From Gracilinanus agilis (Eukaryota), in assembly GCF_016433145.1 (NCBI RefSeq), contig NC_058131.1, positions 86,387,756 through 86,451,755 of the forward strand: a stretch of 64,000 bases of DNA, written 5' to 3'. The notes below the pieces were generated by a model. That model worked only from the letters and a program-made list of their open reading frames with translations. It did no database searches and was not told where the DNA came from. How positions within the stretch are numbered: position 1 is the first letter of the stretch; each line of letters begins with the position of its first letter. Of the stretch, positions 24,603-37,863 are shown piece after piece. The position numbers and the translations under genes are program-made.

Positions 24603-24832
24603 GGGGCAGCTAGGTGGTAGAATAGATAGAGTGCCAGGCCTGAAGTCAGAAAGGCATGAGTTCAAATCTAATCTCAGACACTTACCAGCTGTGTGACTCT
24701 TAGCAAGTCCCTTAACCCTGTTTTCTCCATTTCTTCATCTGTACAATTAGAAGGAGAGGGAAATGGCAAACAACCTCAGTATCTTTGCCAAGAAAATCCC
24801 AAATGGGGTCAGACATGACTGAACGACAACAA
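24603..24832 (+). mobile_element. MAR1-type SINE, full length with TSD
   Basis: ggggcagctaggtgg head, ...gacatgactgaacgacaacaa tail; perfect 15-bp TSD aagcttagaagaatg at 24589-24603 and 24832-24846. Confidence 0.95.
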
Positions 24833-24929
24833 AGCTTAGAAGAATGCTTGACATGCATTTAAAAAAACATTCATTCATCTATTAATCCATTCATACCTCG
24901 CTCCATTCATTTAACATTTGAAGAATTTT

Positions 24930-25340
24930 CATGTCAGAAGGATTTAACTTATTCTGCTTGGCCCAGAAGGCCATACTTAAGATCAGTTGATCCAAAACCA
25001 AATGAGATCAATGATCAGTGATACAATACATAAAGCATTTAAGCACAGCACTGGGCATATCATAAGTGCGTCATAAATGCTAATTCCCTTACATTCCTTC
25101 CCAATATATATTTAACCAGTTTTCGGCTGAACTCAAAGGAGAATTTCCTATTAAGAGTCCTCTAGGATGAAAAGGGCTGTTTCATGGAGTTGTGAATTTT
25201 TCATTATTGAGAGTATTCACAGGTGAGCTCTTCATCATTTCGAGTATTTAGAGGTTGGATAATCACATGTTGGGGTTATTACAGTGGGGATCTGTGCTTT
25301 AGATTGGCTTTGACTTAATAATCTCTATAGTCCATTAAAA
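24930..25340 (+). mobile_element. L3/CR1 3' fragment interrupted by a MIR tail
   Basis: cttattctgcttggcccagaagg...gaatttcctattaagag...gttgtgaattttcattattgagagtattc. Confidence 0.55.
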
Positions 25341-25929
25341 CGCTATGTTTTGATGACCATTGGACATATAGCTTTTTCTGCTGACCTAGGCTCTTGAGTT
25401 AAAAGAAGAAGAAGAAAAAGGAACAGGTACAAAATAAGGATTTAATAAATATTATTGAATTAAGATGAAAATATTTAATTTCAAATCAAATTGAAAACCA
25501 GATCAATTCCACATTGTGCCTGCTCTATTAACTCCTATCTCTGCTTTGCTAAATTTATCACATAACTGAACTTCAAGCACACTAAATGGAGCAGTGAGGT
25601 CCCATCTCCTGAGTTTTCTTCATTTCTTCCAAACTCATCAGTCACATTAAGAACTATTTAAGATTAAGGGTGGGGGGTTGTTATACAAACTTGTTGATGA
25701 GCAATTTACTGTAATGTCACATGTCATATCTTCAGGACATACAGATGTCATCCGTGCCTTACCTATGGATCAGGGTGGGGAGAGTTTTTTCTTTCCTTTT
25801 AGAGTGAGAAAAGAGTCTCCTGACCTGTCAAACAACTGCTGTTAATAGGTATTTATTGATTTTTCCAAAGAATAGAGTTCATAAATTCAGTCATAATGAC
25901 ACAACAATAAATATAAAGGGAGAAAAGAC

Positions 25930-26080
25930 TTAGAGCTGGGGGAGCCTTTAGAGGTCATTTAATCTAATCCACTCACTTTACAGACGAGGTAAATGAGCCA
26001 CAGAAATCTTAAGTGCCTGAACCAGAGGCACACAGGTATGAAGAGATAGCATCAGATTTCAAATCCAGATCCTCTGACTT
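25930..26080 (-). mobile_element. MIR fragment
   Basis: cactttacagacgaggtaaatgagcc...gatttcaaatccagatcctctgact. Confidence 0.7.
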
Positions 26081-26084
26081 CTGT

Positions 26085-26322
26085 TATTCAGTTGTTTCAG
26101 CCATACTCTGATTCTTTGTGACCCCATTTAGAGTCTTCTTAGTAGATACTGGAGTGATTTGTCTTTTCCTTTTTCAGATTCTTCATTTTAGATGAAGAAA
26201 CTGAGGCAAACATGTGAAGTGATGTGCAGGGTCACAAAGTTAGTAAGTGTCTGAGGTCAGATTTGTACTCAGTTCTTCCTGACTCCAGCCTGATGCTCTC
26301 TCCACTGCACCACCTAGCTGCC
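26085..26322 (-). mobile_element. MAR1-type SINE
   Basis: tgttattcagttgtttcagcc...tttgtgaccccattt...ccactgcaccacctagctgcccc. Confidence 0.9.
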
Positions 26323-26324
26323 CC

Positions 26325-26945
26325 AGTTCTCTGTCTGGTTCCCAATATTCTTTCCACTCTACCACCTGGATCATTTTTTATGTTACAGAAACAGAAGTCT
26401 GAGCATATCACTTCCCTCCCCCAGAATTTCAGTGGCTCCCTACTTCCTCTAAGATAAAATACAAATCACTCAGGTTGGCATTGAAAGTCCTTGACAGTCT
26501 AATGCCCATCACCTACCTTTCCAGACTCATTTCCCTTTACCTTCCTGCTCACAAGATTTGTTCTAGTACGCTAGTCTACTTTTACAAACCCAACTTGTTC
26601 TCTCTCTCCTGCTTCCTGGCTTTGAATAGACTGCTATCTCTAGGACAGACTCCTTCCCTTGTACCTCTTAAAACCCTCAGCTTATTTCTGAACTCAGTTC
26701 ATGTGCCATATTCTATGGGAAGCCATTCCTGATCGTTTTACTTTTTTGATGTCTCCTTCTTCCTCAAATGACCTTTTATACTGTCTCTCTGTATAATGTT
26801 GTATCCTCCAGGTAAATGTAAGTTCCCTGAGAGAATGGTCTTTTTCTTTTTCATTTATCTTTCATCTAACACCAGAGGTCAATATTTTCATCAGTGGTTA
26901 GCACAATGTTTTGTACATACCTTATAAGCAATAGTTTTTAGATTG
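26325..26945 (+). mobile_element. L2 3' region
   Basis: tatcacttccctc...ttcagtggctccctact...taagataaaatacaaat...atgtaagttccctgag...gcacaatg. Confidence 0.75.
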
Positions 26946-26999
26946 GATTGCCTTAGATTCCTTAGTGAGGCTTTGGTATGTATAAGTATTCAAGAGAGT

Positions 27000-28050
27000 C
27001 TCTTTTTTTGTCTTTAAATATATCCCTCTTCCAAATTCCCTTATTTCCATGAAAGATATCACAATTACTTCAGTCTTCCAGGCTCTTAATCTTGATATCT
27101 TTTATTGTTCTGATGTGTCTGATTTTTTGTGACTCCCATGGACCATACTTTCTACGAGGTTTTCTTGGCAAAGTTATTGGGGTGGTTTGGCATTTCTTGC
27201 TCCAGTAGATAAAGGAAAAAAAGAGAGATCAAGTGACTTTCCCAGGGTCACACAGCTAGTCTTTCAGACCCAGTTTTGGATTCAGGTTTTCCTGACTCCA
27301 GGATCATTATTCTATCCACTGAGTCATCTATATTAGCTAAGAGTAATTGTCTTTTCCCTCTCTCTCACCCCACCTATTCAGTCCATTGCTAAATTTTATT
27401 GATCCTACCCCAACAATGTCTCTTTTGCAGCTGGCCCCTTCGTTCTACTCACATAGTCACTACCTTCGTTCAAGCTTATTATCTCCTGCTTCGATTATTT
27501 TGAAAGCCTCCTAATTGGTCTGACTCAAAGTTCTCACCACTGCAGTTCTTCCTCCACACTGCTGGCAAGGGGATTTTCCTTAAGCTCAAATATGACCATG
27601 TGATTCTTTGACTCTGGTGAATGAACTCCAGTGACTTCATGTTGCCTCGTGGATAAAATATAAACTTCTCTGTTTAGCTTTTATAAATCTACCCATCATG
27701 GACCCAAATTCTCCAACCTTGTACACTCCACCTCCTCCTCCACTCTGCAACAGCTGAACAGGTCATTTATGTTCCTTAGGTACTATATCCCACCCACTCT
27801 CTCTGTGGCTTCAACCCCACCACCATGTGTGGAATCCACTCCCTCTCTGCTTTTGATTCAGAAAATATATTTCTATGTTTCCATGTAACATATAACATAT
27901 TAATTTTTTTCAGAAAATATCTTTCACTTTAAGATGCAGTCCAAGTACCCTGAAGCCTGTCCCAATCCTCATAACTTTTCTCCCAAACCACTATGTATAC
28001 GAATACTTTCTACCTCTTGTCTTTTATATTTAATCAATATCTACTTATAA
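27000..28050 (+). mobile_element. L2 fragment containing a nested MAR1 insertion
   Basis: cctcctaattggtctgac...gattttccttaagctcaaatatgaccatgtgattc...ctccagtgacttc. Confidence 0.7.
27105..27332 (-). mobile_element. MAR1-type SINE nested in L2
   Basis: gaggttttcttggcaaagttattggggtggtttggcatttc...cccagggtcacacagctag. Confidence 0.85.
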
Positions 28051-28589
28051 CATGTTCTCCTTTCCTCATTTGAATTCATCTTTTATTCCTCTTATTTCAG
28101 TGTTCAATTTCAACATTTCAACCTCTCTCACCACTTCATTTAACAGATGAAAAAACTGAAACTAAAATATGTTTTGTGGCTTTCCCATGGTCATAAAGAA
28201 AATATCCATGGCAGGATTTCAACTCAGTTCTTCCTAACTCTAAGCTTCATACTTTGCCTCCATGCTTGGGGATCTATTCGATCCTTAATAAATACTTGTG
28301 GATTGACCAATGGATTCAAAGAATTCTGTGTCTCTAGGGGTTTTGATTAAGGTAGAATGATTTAACAAATCCTTGATGACTCCTCACTGAATGACATTTG
28401 AAAGAGTTTTGCAACATACCTAATGGGAAGTGAGCATAGTTTTAGGCAACTTTTGCTGCAGGATGTTCCTGTATGTTTCTATATCACCACATATAACCCC
28501 AGGAGAACCAATCAGAGATAACTCATTCTCTTTTTCACTTCCTCAGTTCATGTGCATTTGTGGTATTTTGTCTCCTTGTCATGTCTCCA

Positions 28590-29268
28590 AAGAGACAAAA
28601 AGGCAGACAAATGGAAGGACAGACAGATGGATGACAGAGAGAGAAAAAGATGGAGAGAGCAAGAAAGGGAGAAACAGACACAAAGAGACAGAGACAGAGA
28701 AACTAGTCAGAAACTAGATAGTCAGGGAGNNNNNNNNNNNNNNNNNNNNNNNNNNNNNNNNNNNNNNNNNNNNNNNNNNNNNNNNNNNNNNNNNNNNNNN
28801 NNNNNNNNNNNNNNNNNNNNNNNNNNNNNNNNNNNNNNNNNNNNNNNNNNNNNNNNNNNNNNNNNNNNNNNNNNNNNNNNNNNNNNNNNNNNNNNNNNNN
28901 NNNNNNNNNNNNNNNNNNNNNNNNNNNNNNNNNNNNNNNNNNNNNNNNNNNNNNNNNNNNNNNNNNNNNNNNNNNNNNNNNNNNNNNNNNNNNNNNNNNN
29001 NNNNNNNNNNNNNNNNNNNNNNNNNNNNNNNNNNNNNNNNNNNNNNNNNNNNNNNNNNNNNNNNNNNNNNNNNNNNNNNNNNNNNNNNNNNNNNNNNNNN
29101 NNNNNNNNNNNNNNNNNNNNNNNNNNNNNNNNNNNNNNNNNNNNNNNNNNNNNNNNNNNNNNNNNNNNNNNNNNNNNNNNNNNNNNNNNNNNNNNNNNNN
29201 NNNNNNNNNNNNNNNNNNNNNNNNNNNNNNNNNNNNNNNNNNNNNNNNNNNNNNNNNNNNNNNNNNNN

Positions 29269-29323
<55 letters not shown>

Positions 29324-29350
29324 CAGAGAGACAGAGAGACAGAGAGAAGA
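28590..29350. repeat. (GACA/GA)n microsatellite spanning a gap (N 28730-29268, 539 N)
   Basis: Pure (AG)n from 29269; GACAGA units on both sides of the gap. Confidence 0.95.
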
Positions 29351-29859
29351 GGGTAGGACTGAGTTTTTTGGTAAGAAGAATAGTTTCTGGCTTTCTGAGT
29401 CTTGTTCACATGATTTTCCCCACCCAGTTTTTAAGTAGTATTTTCCTCTCATTAAAATGTCAAGGGAATATTCAGGATACAACCTGCATCTGTGGGAACC
29501 ACACTCAGATCTATAAATGGCATATGCAAAAGTTTTCTTGAAACGGCTCTCCAAATATTGTTAATAATAACAATTAAGCATAAAAATAAAGGCTATTCGG
29601 CCTCCGTATGTGAAGTCCACAAGTGCTCCCCAAACTAGTTTGGTAATAATTTAAGCTCAACAGGGTTGGAGCGGGGGAGGGAGAGGCTAAAAAAACTGCC
29701 TTTTAAAACACCAAATGAAAATCCAAAAATGAATGAAAAGCAATCACTGGGAATGCCAAGCATTAATATCTGGTCATGCTAATTTTACCAATTTACATTC
29801 AAGCAAATGGCATTACAAATCAGAGAAAGTGTAATTAGTGATGGAAAATGGATAGATTT

Positions 29860-30070
29860 GTGTCCTTGGAACCAGGGAAATATGCATTTGGAGCCTAACT
29901 CATGTTTATTAGATATTGATTATGGGCAAGGTATTTAGATTCCCTGGAACTTAGTTTACTCTTCTGTAAAACAGGAAAATTAATGCCATTTATTTCATAA
30001 AACTGTCATGAGGATAAAATTACACACTTGAAAAGAACTTTGCAAACCACAAAACGCAAAATAAATTTCA
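29860..30070 (+). mobile_element. MIR SINE (degenerate)
   Basis: tatgggcaaggtatttaga...acttagtttactcttctgtaaaacagg. Confidence 0.6.
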
Positions 30071-30557
30071 ACTACCCTCCTGATTATGCAATTTAAGGTT
30101 TCTAAATCACAATTTACCTTACTGGGCATAAGCTATTCCCTTATCCTCTCCACCTTACTGGAATTAATGATAATTAAATACAAAATGAAGTCTGAGGTAG
30201 AATCATAAGCTGAGAGTATGTCAGTCCTCAAAACTTGAACAAACCAATAATTTCCTGTCCAGCCACTATCAAGAATGAGATATCTCTATACCTTAGTTTT
30301 TCAATTAATAAAAAAAGGACAATCTAACAAAAGCTATCCTATCTCCAAGTCCTCTTGTGGGGATATTTTGAAATGAGCTTTTTCAACTTCTTTGAGAAAA
30401 ACTTTGTTATTAAGCATCGGGGAAACCAAAATAAATGCATTGATTAGAAATCTCTTGAAGGCTTGAGAGCTGATGTTTGAACATGAATGGCAATAAAATT
30501 CAAAGTTGGCTACACTGCTCTCTACTTGATTTAAAAAGTAAGGTACTATTATTACTG

Positions 30558-30797
30558 AAGGAGCAGCTAGATGACACAATAGACAGAGTAAGGGTTTGGG
30601 GATTAGGAAAAACTGAGTTCAAACCTGGCCTCAGACACTACCTAGCTATGTGACTTTGGGTGAGTCACTTAACCCTATTTGCCTCAGTTTCCTCCTCTGT
30701 AAAATGAGCTGAAGAAGGAAATGGCAAGCAACTCAGGAATCTTTGCTAAGAAAGCCCCAAATGGAGTTGTGAAGAGTTGGACATGACTGAACAGCAA
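30558..30797 (+). mobile_element. MAR1-type SINE
   Basis: gagttcaaacctggcctcagacac...gtaaaatgagctgaagaaggaaatggcaag...gacatgactgaacagcaa. Confidence 0.9.
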
Positions 30798-31514
30798 TAT
30801 TCATTAGAGTTGAAAAACTTTTTGAAATACACCCACTGCAATTACCATTGGTGAGATATAGTGGGTGGTCACTTTTAACAATGTCTCCTTTTATTTAGTA
30901 ATCCAGTCACATGTGGCTACTACATATAATCAGTTTTCTACAGGTCAAACTTCTAACTCATATTTAATTTAGTTCCTGATACTATAGTTTGCGCTAAAGG
31001 TCAACTAAATAATCATAAAATGTCAAGTCCCTAGAATCCTACTTAGCAATTGCCAAATAATATGATAATTAATATCTAGTGCTCCCTTTATTGAGAGCAG
31101 GCTTTCTCTTTTTTTCCCGAAATATGAGGTGAATGGAGATGTCACCTCAAGGGAAGAAAAGCTATCTACATTATCTTCTGATATTAAATGGGAAAAGTCT
31201 GATCCTTTTATCTTCTGTTTTGCATTTAGATATCCCAATCTCATCATCACAACTTTAGTGTTTTTTTTTCCTCTTTATAAGTCCTCAGTTGTCCCAAATG
31301 GAATATTTTTCCTCAAAATACTGATTTATGTTACTTAGTATCTCCTCTGATAGACCATATCACTTTCCCACATATACAAGAAAAAGCTCATGCTTAGTTT
31401 TTCTTGGTCCTGACATTTATTTAAAATAGTTCCTCTGAGTATCACCCAGTCCAGCTTGAGAAGAAGAGAAAGTGATGATTATCTCCATGGACTATATAGA
31501 CCTAATTAACCTAA

Positions 31515-31635
31515 ATCATATAATAATAATATTATAATAAACAATAATATAATTAACATGATATTAATAGAAATAATAAAATATTACAAATAATATGATA
31601 TAATAATAATAAATCTTAAATCATATAATAAGAAA
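31515..31635. repeat. AAT-rich low-complexity tract
   Basis: Direct reading. Confidence 0.85.
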
Positions 31636-32554
31636 TCATTGCTGCTGACATAAAAAAAGCGTGCTATGTTTAGAGTGGAATTTCTGGTTTCTCTCCCTGT
31701 TCCTCCACATACCTCTAACCTCTAGCCTTGACACTCCCTATTTCTAGGTTGTCCAAATCAGAGTCAGGCTCCTGAGTATATCTGAGGATGTGCTCTAAGG
31801 AGTGTTTGAATGGTTCCTCTCTCCGAAATTCCAAAGGAAGATTTAATTTCCAAGGGTAGACCTTGCATTCCTAATTAAAATGCAGATACCCCTGGGAGGA
31901 TGGGGATGGGGGCCCACTTTTAAAGCTCTATCAGCTAACATCTTACTGAAGTTTGAGCTCGAGGCTCCCTAAAAGATAAAGAGTTAGATGAAGAGCAAAA
32001 ATCAATCAGTATAAAGCCAGGAACAGGGAAGAGAGAAATGTGAGTGAGAAAAAGTGATAAAATGGAAATTTGAAACATACCCTAAGCAGGCAAAGGACAG
32101 ACTGAGTTCTCAGGGAATCTAGGTCACTTTTAATGGTCCATTTGGAATGAATCACTAACTTTGTCTGGAATCAACTTCTCCATCTAGAAAAGTTAAAGGT
32201 CAATACTAGCCTTTTCCATATATGCTATATAGATGGATCTGGGTATAATCATCCTTTGGATGTAAACTTCTCTCTTCCAGGTAATACATTAATATTTTAG
32301 GATATTCTGATATGATACAGTGAAGAAGGTCCTTCATTCATTTATTCATGCATGCATGCATGTATTCCTAAAGACAAAGCATTTATTAATGTCCATCCAC
32401 TGTATCCAGAGAACTCTATCATGTTAGGGAAAGCTAAGACTAGAAATAGTAAAAAGGTAAAGAATTTCCATTCTGGAGAGGAAACTAGGTCATGAAAAAG
32501 GTATAACAATACCTCCAAAGAAAAGTTCAAAACAGGAACAGATGAATATTTTGA

Positions 32555-32830
32555 CAAACTGTGGGAGTAGTGGATCGAAAGCCAAGTGTGAAGTCAAGAA
32601 CATCTGAGTTTAAATCCAGCCACAGATACTTCCTAGGTGTATGACCATGGGCAAGTCACCTAACCTCTGTCAGTCTCACTTACCCCATTTGTTAAATAAG
32701 GATATTAAAATAAGGATCATAACCCTTCATCCCAGGTTTGTTGTGAGGATCAAATGAGATAATTATTATAAAGTACTTTGTAGTTAGCCCAGTGCATGGG
32801 GCATAGTAAGAGGTACATAAATGTTGGCCA
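32555..32830 (+). mobile_element. MIR SINE
   Basis: gagtttaaatccagcc...gaccatgggcaagtcacctaacctctg...gttgtgaggatcaaatgagataat. Confidence 0.85.
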
Positions 32831-33061
32831 TCATCATCGTCATCATCGTTATTCAGATGAGTCTTATTATTATTATTTGATTCATCATTATTATTTAGAA
32901 GACTTGAGGGGAGCCTAGGATGATGACATATTTAAAATAGAGCATAGTGAAAAGGTTAAAAGCAGTCACTGTAAGCAAAAAATCAAGATTCTCCAGATTC
33001 TTTGGAGAACCAAGATATGACAATTCAATCCTTATCATTCATTTAAAGTCAAAGTTAAAAA

Positions 33062-33290
33062 TGACATCAGTTGTTCAGTTATGCCTGCCTCTTTGTGGCT
33101 CCATTCTAGGAGTTATCTTAACAAAGATGCTGGATTGGTTTGCCAATTCCTTCTCCTGTTCATTTTATAGATGAAGAGCCGAGGTAAACAGGATTAAGTG
33201 GCTTGCCTTGGGTCACATAGCTAATAAGTATCTGATGTCAGATTTGAACTCTGATAGTGGTCTAACCACTGTGCCAGCTAGCCGCCTCAA
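33062..33290 (-). mobile_element. MAR1-type SINE
   Basis: gctggattggtttgccaattccttctcc...ttttatagatgaagag...gggtcacatagctaataag. Confidence 0.85.
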
Positions 33291-33412
33291 AATGAAATCT
33301 CTGAGTGACAAAGAAGTAGTGTTAGAGTGATCAAGCATTTAACAACTAATTCCTCCCCGTGTCACACTCAACAAGGGATGAGGTCTGGGAGATGCGATCC
33401 CACGCAATCTAC

Positions 33413-33432
33413 CTGAACATCCGAGGACAGAG
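33413..33432 (-). CDS. Candidate 20-nt microexon (ALSSDVQ in phase 1)
   Basis: ttgcttttttctgctccag|CTCTGTCCTCGGATGTTCAG|gtagat; CpG-retaining unique sequence. Confidence 0.25.
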
Positions 33433-34361
33433 CTGGAGCAGAAAAAAGCAATGTGATAAGAAGTCATGTTCAGACAGAGCTTTTCCATTTATGAAGTCAA
33501 GCTTCTATCCAGATGGGTAATAAACAGATGCATGAAAATTTTAAAAGCCACACATTTTTCAGCTGGGTTCATTTTGCCTTAGTTTCATCTCTGGAACAAA
33601 GCATTCATGTTTAATGAGGATAGGCTAGTCTCCATTGTCTAGTATTTAGTATGTGGGCTGTCCAACTGTCTCTTTCTTTTTTTTAATTGACATGAATGCA
33701 GTTTAACTAAAATGCTCTTGGGCTGTTGATCACCACAAACCACTTCTTTGGCTGGCTCCCCTGCCTCTTTGAAAAGTGTGTTGCTTAGGCCACAAGATCA
33801 ATATAACCAAAATAATCATTGAGCTGCTCCCATAAACCTCCCATAAAAAATACCTCGGTCATTCAGGTACATCAAGTAATACACATAGGCCGAGTGAGGC
33901 GTAGACTAAGTGATCGCATGACCTTTACTAGTATCCAGGGAAAGATGGGTTCTTTTAAAATAGAAAACACTTCAAAAAGTCTATCACACAAAGTACGATA
34001 TTCCTGATTGTGGGTATTCTTTCCACCCTCTTTCTTTGTGTTTGCTCTTTCTCTGAATGTGTCTTTCATTTGAGAGATGCAAAAACTATTGAGAGTTCTT
34101 TACTATAATATTGGCAAAAAAACTAAAAATTCTCTGGCTCAGATAAAGCTTAGATCTGTACAGATGCTACAAACTTGTATAGAGCGTAATTATAAATACA
34201 TATCTGGGGAATAGCTATGAAAAGCAGCTATAAAGGGCTGAGTCAAGGATATATGGGCTCAGGACCTATCTTTGAAACATTGAACTGGAGTTTTTATACT
34301 GGGAGTCCCTTAAAATTTATACCTTTTAAAAACATTACTATCTCTTTTGAGGCAACCTATG

Positions 34362-34590
34362 TGGTGGAGAGGATATAGTGCTAGGCATGAAGTCAGGAAT
34401 ACGAGTTAAAATCCATCCTCAGATTCTTACTAGCTACATGACTGTGGGCAAGTCATTTGTCCTCTATTTGACTCACTTTCCTCAATTCGAAATGGCGTTA
34501 ATAATAGTATCTAACTCCTATCTCCCAGGTTATTGTGAGATATCTGTAAAGCACTTAGCACAGTGACTGGCTTATAATAGGTGCTATGTA
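34362..34590 (+). mobile_element. MIR SINE
   Basis: gagttaaaatccatcctcaga...gactgtgggcaagtcattt...gtaaagcacttagcacagtgactgg. Confidence 0.85.
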
Positions 34591-34770
34591 CATGTTAACT
34601 TTCTTGATTTTATCCTTTCTTTCTTTCTTTCTCCCACCCTCCTCCTTCCTTAACTTCTTTGTTTCTTTTCTTATACATATACCACATAATCAGAAATTTA
34701 GTTTCTACAAGTATTTTAGGATGTATTGTTTGTTTTTTGGTAAATTCTCTTACAAGGTTCAATTCTAAGT

Positions 34771-34946
34771 NNNNNNNNNNNNNNNNNNNNNNNNNNNNNN
34801 NNNNNNNNNNNNNNNNNNNNNNNNNNNNNNNNNNNNNNNNNNNNNNNNNNNNNNNNNNNNNNNNNNNNNNNNNNNNNNNNNNNNNNNNNNNNNNNNNNNN
34901 NNNNNNNNNNNNNNNNNNNNNNNNNNNNNNNNNNNNNNNNNNNNNN
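34771..34946. other. Assembly gap (176 N)
   Basis: N run. Confidence 1.
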
Positions 34947-35234
34947 CTCATAATAATAATTCTACTATTCTGTCCTTTGTATCCAAACATAGTGCTGTTG
35001 ACATGAGATTAGAGTTGACAGAGTTTAAAGCTTAGAGTTTACAAAGACCAATTATCAACTAAAAGAATTTAAAGATAAAGCAGATATTAACTAAGAAGAG
35101 ATCTTTGGAGTATTCCACTTTTAGGGGGGGAAAGATTTAGCTAAATAATATAATCAAATATAAAAATCAAATATAGTATTCTCATTTGATTATGTGAAAA
35201 TAGCTTCCTCCCCCCCCTACAAAAAAAAATCAAA

Positions 35235-35392
35235 ACAACCCTTATCTTCTTTCTTAGAATCAATTCTAAGACAGGCAAGCAGCAAAGACTAGGCAGTTGG
35301 GATTAAGTGATTTGCTCAGTCACACAGTGAATAAGTGTCTGAAGCTAGATTTGAACCCTGGTTCTCTAGCCACTGTGCTACCTAGCTGCCCT
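35235..35392 (-). mobile_element. SINE1_Mdo-type SINE, older copy
   Basis: aacccttatcttctttcttagaatcaattctaagac...gtgctacctagctgccc. Confidence 0.8.
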
Positions 35393-36879
35393 TAAATAGC
35401 TTCTTCAACCACCAATGGTTATCCGCCTCAGAAAATTAGTTGGCATACAACCTCTACCCTAATCCCAATATCCACATATAGCACATGATCAGAAATTTAA
35501 TTCCTACAAGTAGATATTTTAGGATGTATTATTTTTCTTTTGGTAAATTCTCTTACAAGGTTGAATTCTAAGTACGTATTTATGTATTATCACAGAAAAG
35601 GGGAATTGAGTATATAAATATTTATCAAATAAAAGCCATATTTTTATAAAGATATTTTGCTTAATTATAGGGGGGCATTAATTGACAAATTCTTATGAAT
35701 GGTGATCCAGAATGGAAAACAAGATTTGAAAATTCATGAATTGGAGATAATGGTCAGACCTTAGATTCTTTTTTCCCCTCTTTCACTTAGTACATTTTAA
35801 AAGTGATTTAAAATTTGAGCTTATTCAGGTAAATATATGCTGCAAAGAAAGGGATGATTCTTATTTTTAAAAAAGTCCATAAACTGGGGAATGACTAAAC
35901 AAACTAATATATAAATATAAGAGAATATTAGAATATAATAAGAAATGATATGAGGACTAATTTCAGTGAAATCTGTGAAGGTTTGTATGAAATAATGCAG
36001 AGTGCAGTGAACAGGAGAGGAAAACTTATACAGTAAAAACAGTTGTACAAATAAACAAATTTGGAAAACACTTAGATATGCCATGCCAAATAATCTATAT
36101 AATGTCTGTATGTTTTTAATATTCTCATAGGCAAGTAAGATTTTTTTTTGAAAAAAAATATTGTTCTTCACTGTGTGCTTACTATGAATTTCATGATGTA
36201 TTTCTGAAATAACATTATTCTCATGTTTTAATTTTGTAGGGTAGGAATAACTGATATAAAGTGCTGAGAAAATAATTAATAATTCTATCAGTGCTGACTC
36301 TCGTTTTCTAGACAAAGGATTTATGTAAATTGTCTAGGCTCATTAGGTGATAAAAGTAATGTAAAAGTTACCCTACATTTGTGCCCCACCACATGAAATC
36401 ATGAGCAACATATGTCGCCTTGGCAAATTTTTATGATGAACCTCCTGCTTTCTCAACATTTGTATTTGACGTGTTCTCTCTTTCAAGGTTGGCTTTTTAA
36501 TTCAGGGAACTGAACCAACCAAGTTGGGATCCAGAGAAAATACAGGATAATGCAAACGAAAATGAACCCAATGTACTTTTTAGTTAAATCAATCACAGAC
36601 TGTACCAAAGTTGCTTTTTGAAAAATCATCCTATGAAACATCTGGAACCTAAGTCAGACATGTATGTACTCTAATACTGTTAAACAAGGGGAAAAATCTA
36701 AATGTCATCCAAATCTAACCTGAACTAAATTTGTAACTCATTTAGTTTGAGCTTCTGCTTTTATTTTTATTATAAATAAATTAGAAGGACCGTAAGATGG
36801 GTATAGAGTTAATAAAAATAGAACTTAGGAAATGTGCTCTAGCTGCAGATTTCTACTTAATAAAGGTTTTAAACATGTA

Positions 36880-37245
36880 TTTTATAGAGAGCCTACATCA
36901 ACATATATTATATATGTCCAGATTTTTATATACACACACAAGCATGCATGTATCTATCTATCTATATATATATAATATACATGGATCTATATAAGTATTT
37001 ACATGTATGTTATACACATGCACACTCTGCATATGTTATATATGAAATACATTTACAAATGTAGGCATACATAGCATGCAAACAAATGTGCATTGTAGTA
37101 TAAATTATATAGAGAAAATATGTGGACAGATATAACATATATAATATAGAGAGTATATATATTAACTATATATAATATAAAAATATAACTCTTTCTACAT
37201 ATCATTTTATCACTCCATCAGTGAAACTATATATGTGTACATGCA
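36880..37245. repeat. Degenerate (TA)/(CA) low-complexity region
   Basis: Direct reading. Confidence 0.8.
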
Positions 37246-37264
37246 ATTATGTATCCCTATTCAT

Positions 37265-37460
37265 TTATGTCTAGGTCTATGATGTTGTGAATATAAGGAG
37301 CTACCAGTGTTAAAACCTCTCTCCAATGAAAAAAATCTGCAATGCATCTGAAACCATAATGTGAAATGGTTGGTGGGAGTCACAAAAGTCAAGTGGCACA
37401 GCATGACCTAATAGCTAGTATGTGTCAAAAGCTGGACTTGGAGTGAAACTTTGATTCTGG
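37265..37460 (-). mobile_element. CORE SINE with a distinct 3' tail (marsupial family; name uncertain)
   Basis: Shares tail motifs with the elements at 41420, 50060 and 60835 (ggag.tacc...aaaacctctctccaatg...ctgcaa). Confidence 0.55.
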
Positions 37461-37863
37461 GACCTGTTTTTCTTTATAGACATGTATATGCTTATCCCTA
37501 CATATACAAACATGTTTTGTTCCATCTAATTCTCTGGGTATGGATGTGTAAAATGCATCCACACTGTTTTACTGCTGATATATCCAGCTGATTATTTTTT
37601 TAACTCTTCAGGGATAATTTCTTCTGAAAGAAGCTATTAGATTGGAGAGATAATGAGAGGTAATATGGTATAATAGAATAAACTTTGGATTTGGAGTGAG
37701 CAGCCATGGGTCCGCTTACTGTCTGTGTAACATTGAAAACAGTCTCTTCCCCTCTGTAAGCTTCAGTTTCCTCAAAGGTAAAGTGAAGAAGTTGGATTAG
37801 ATGACTTCTAGGTCCTTCTCGGCTTTAAAGCTATGTCCTGACTCTTCCATCTGGGTAATTTTT

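Noticed and set aside
35821-36315. 164-aa minus-strand ORF
   Set aside because: Ile/Phe/Tyr-rich product of AT-rich, partly L2-like sequence.
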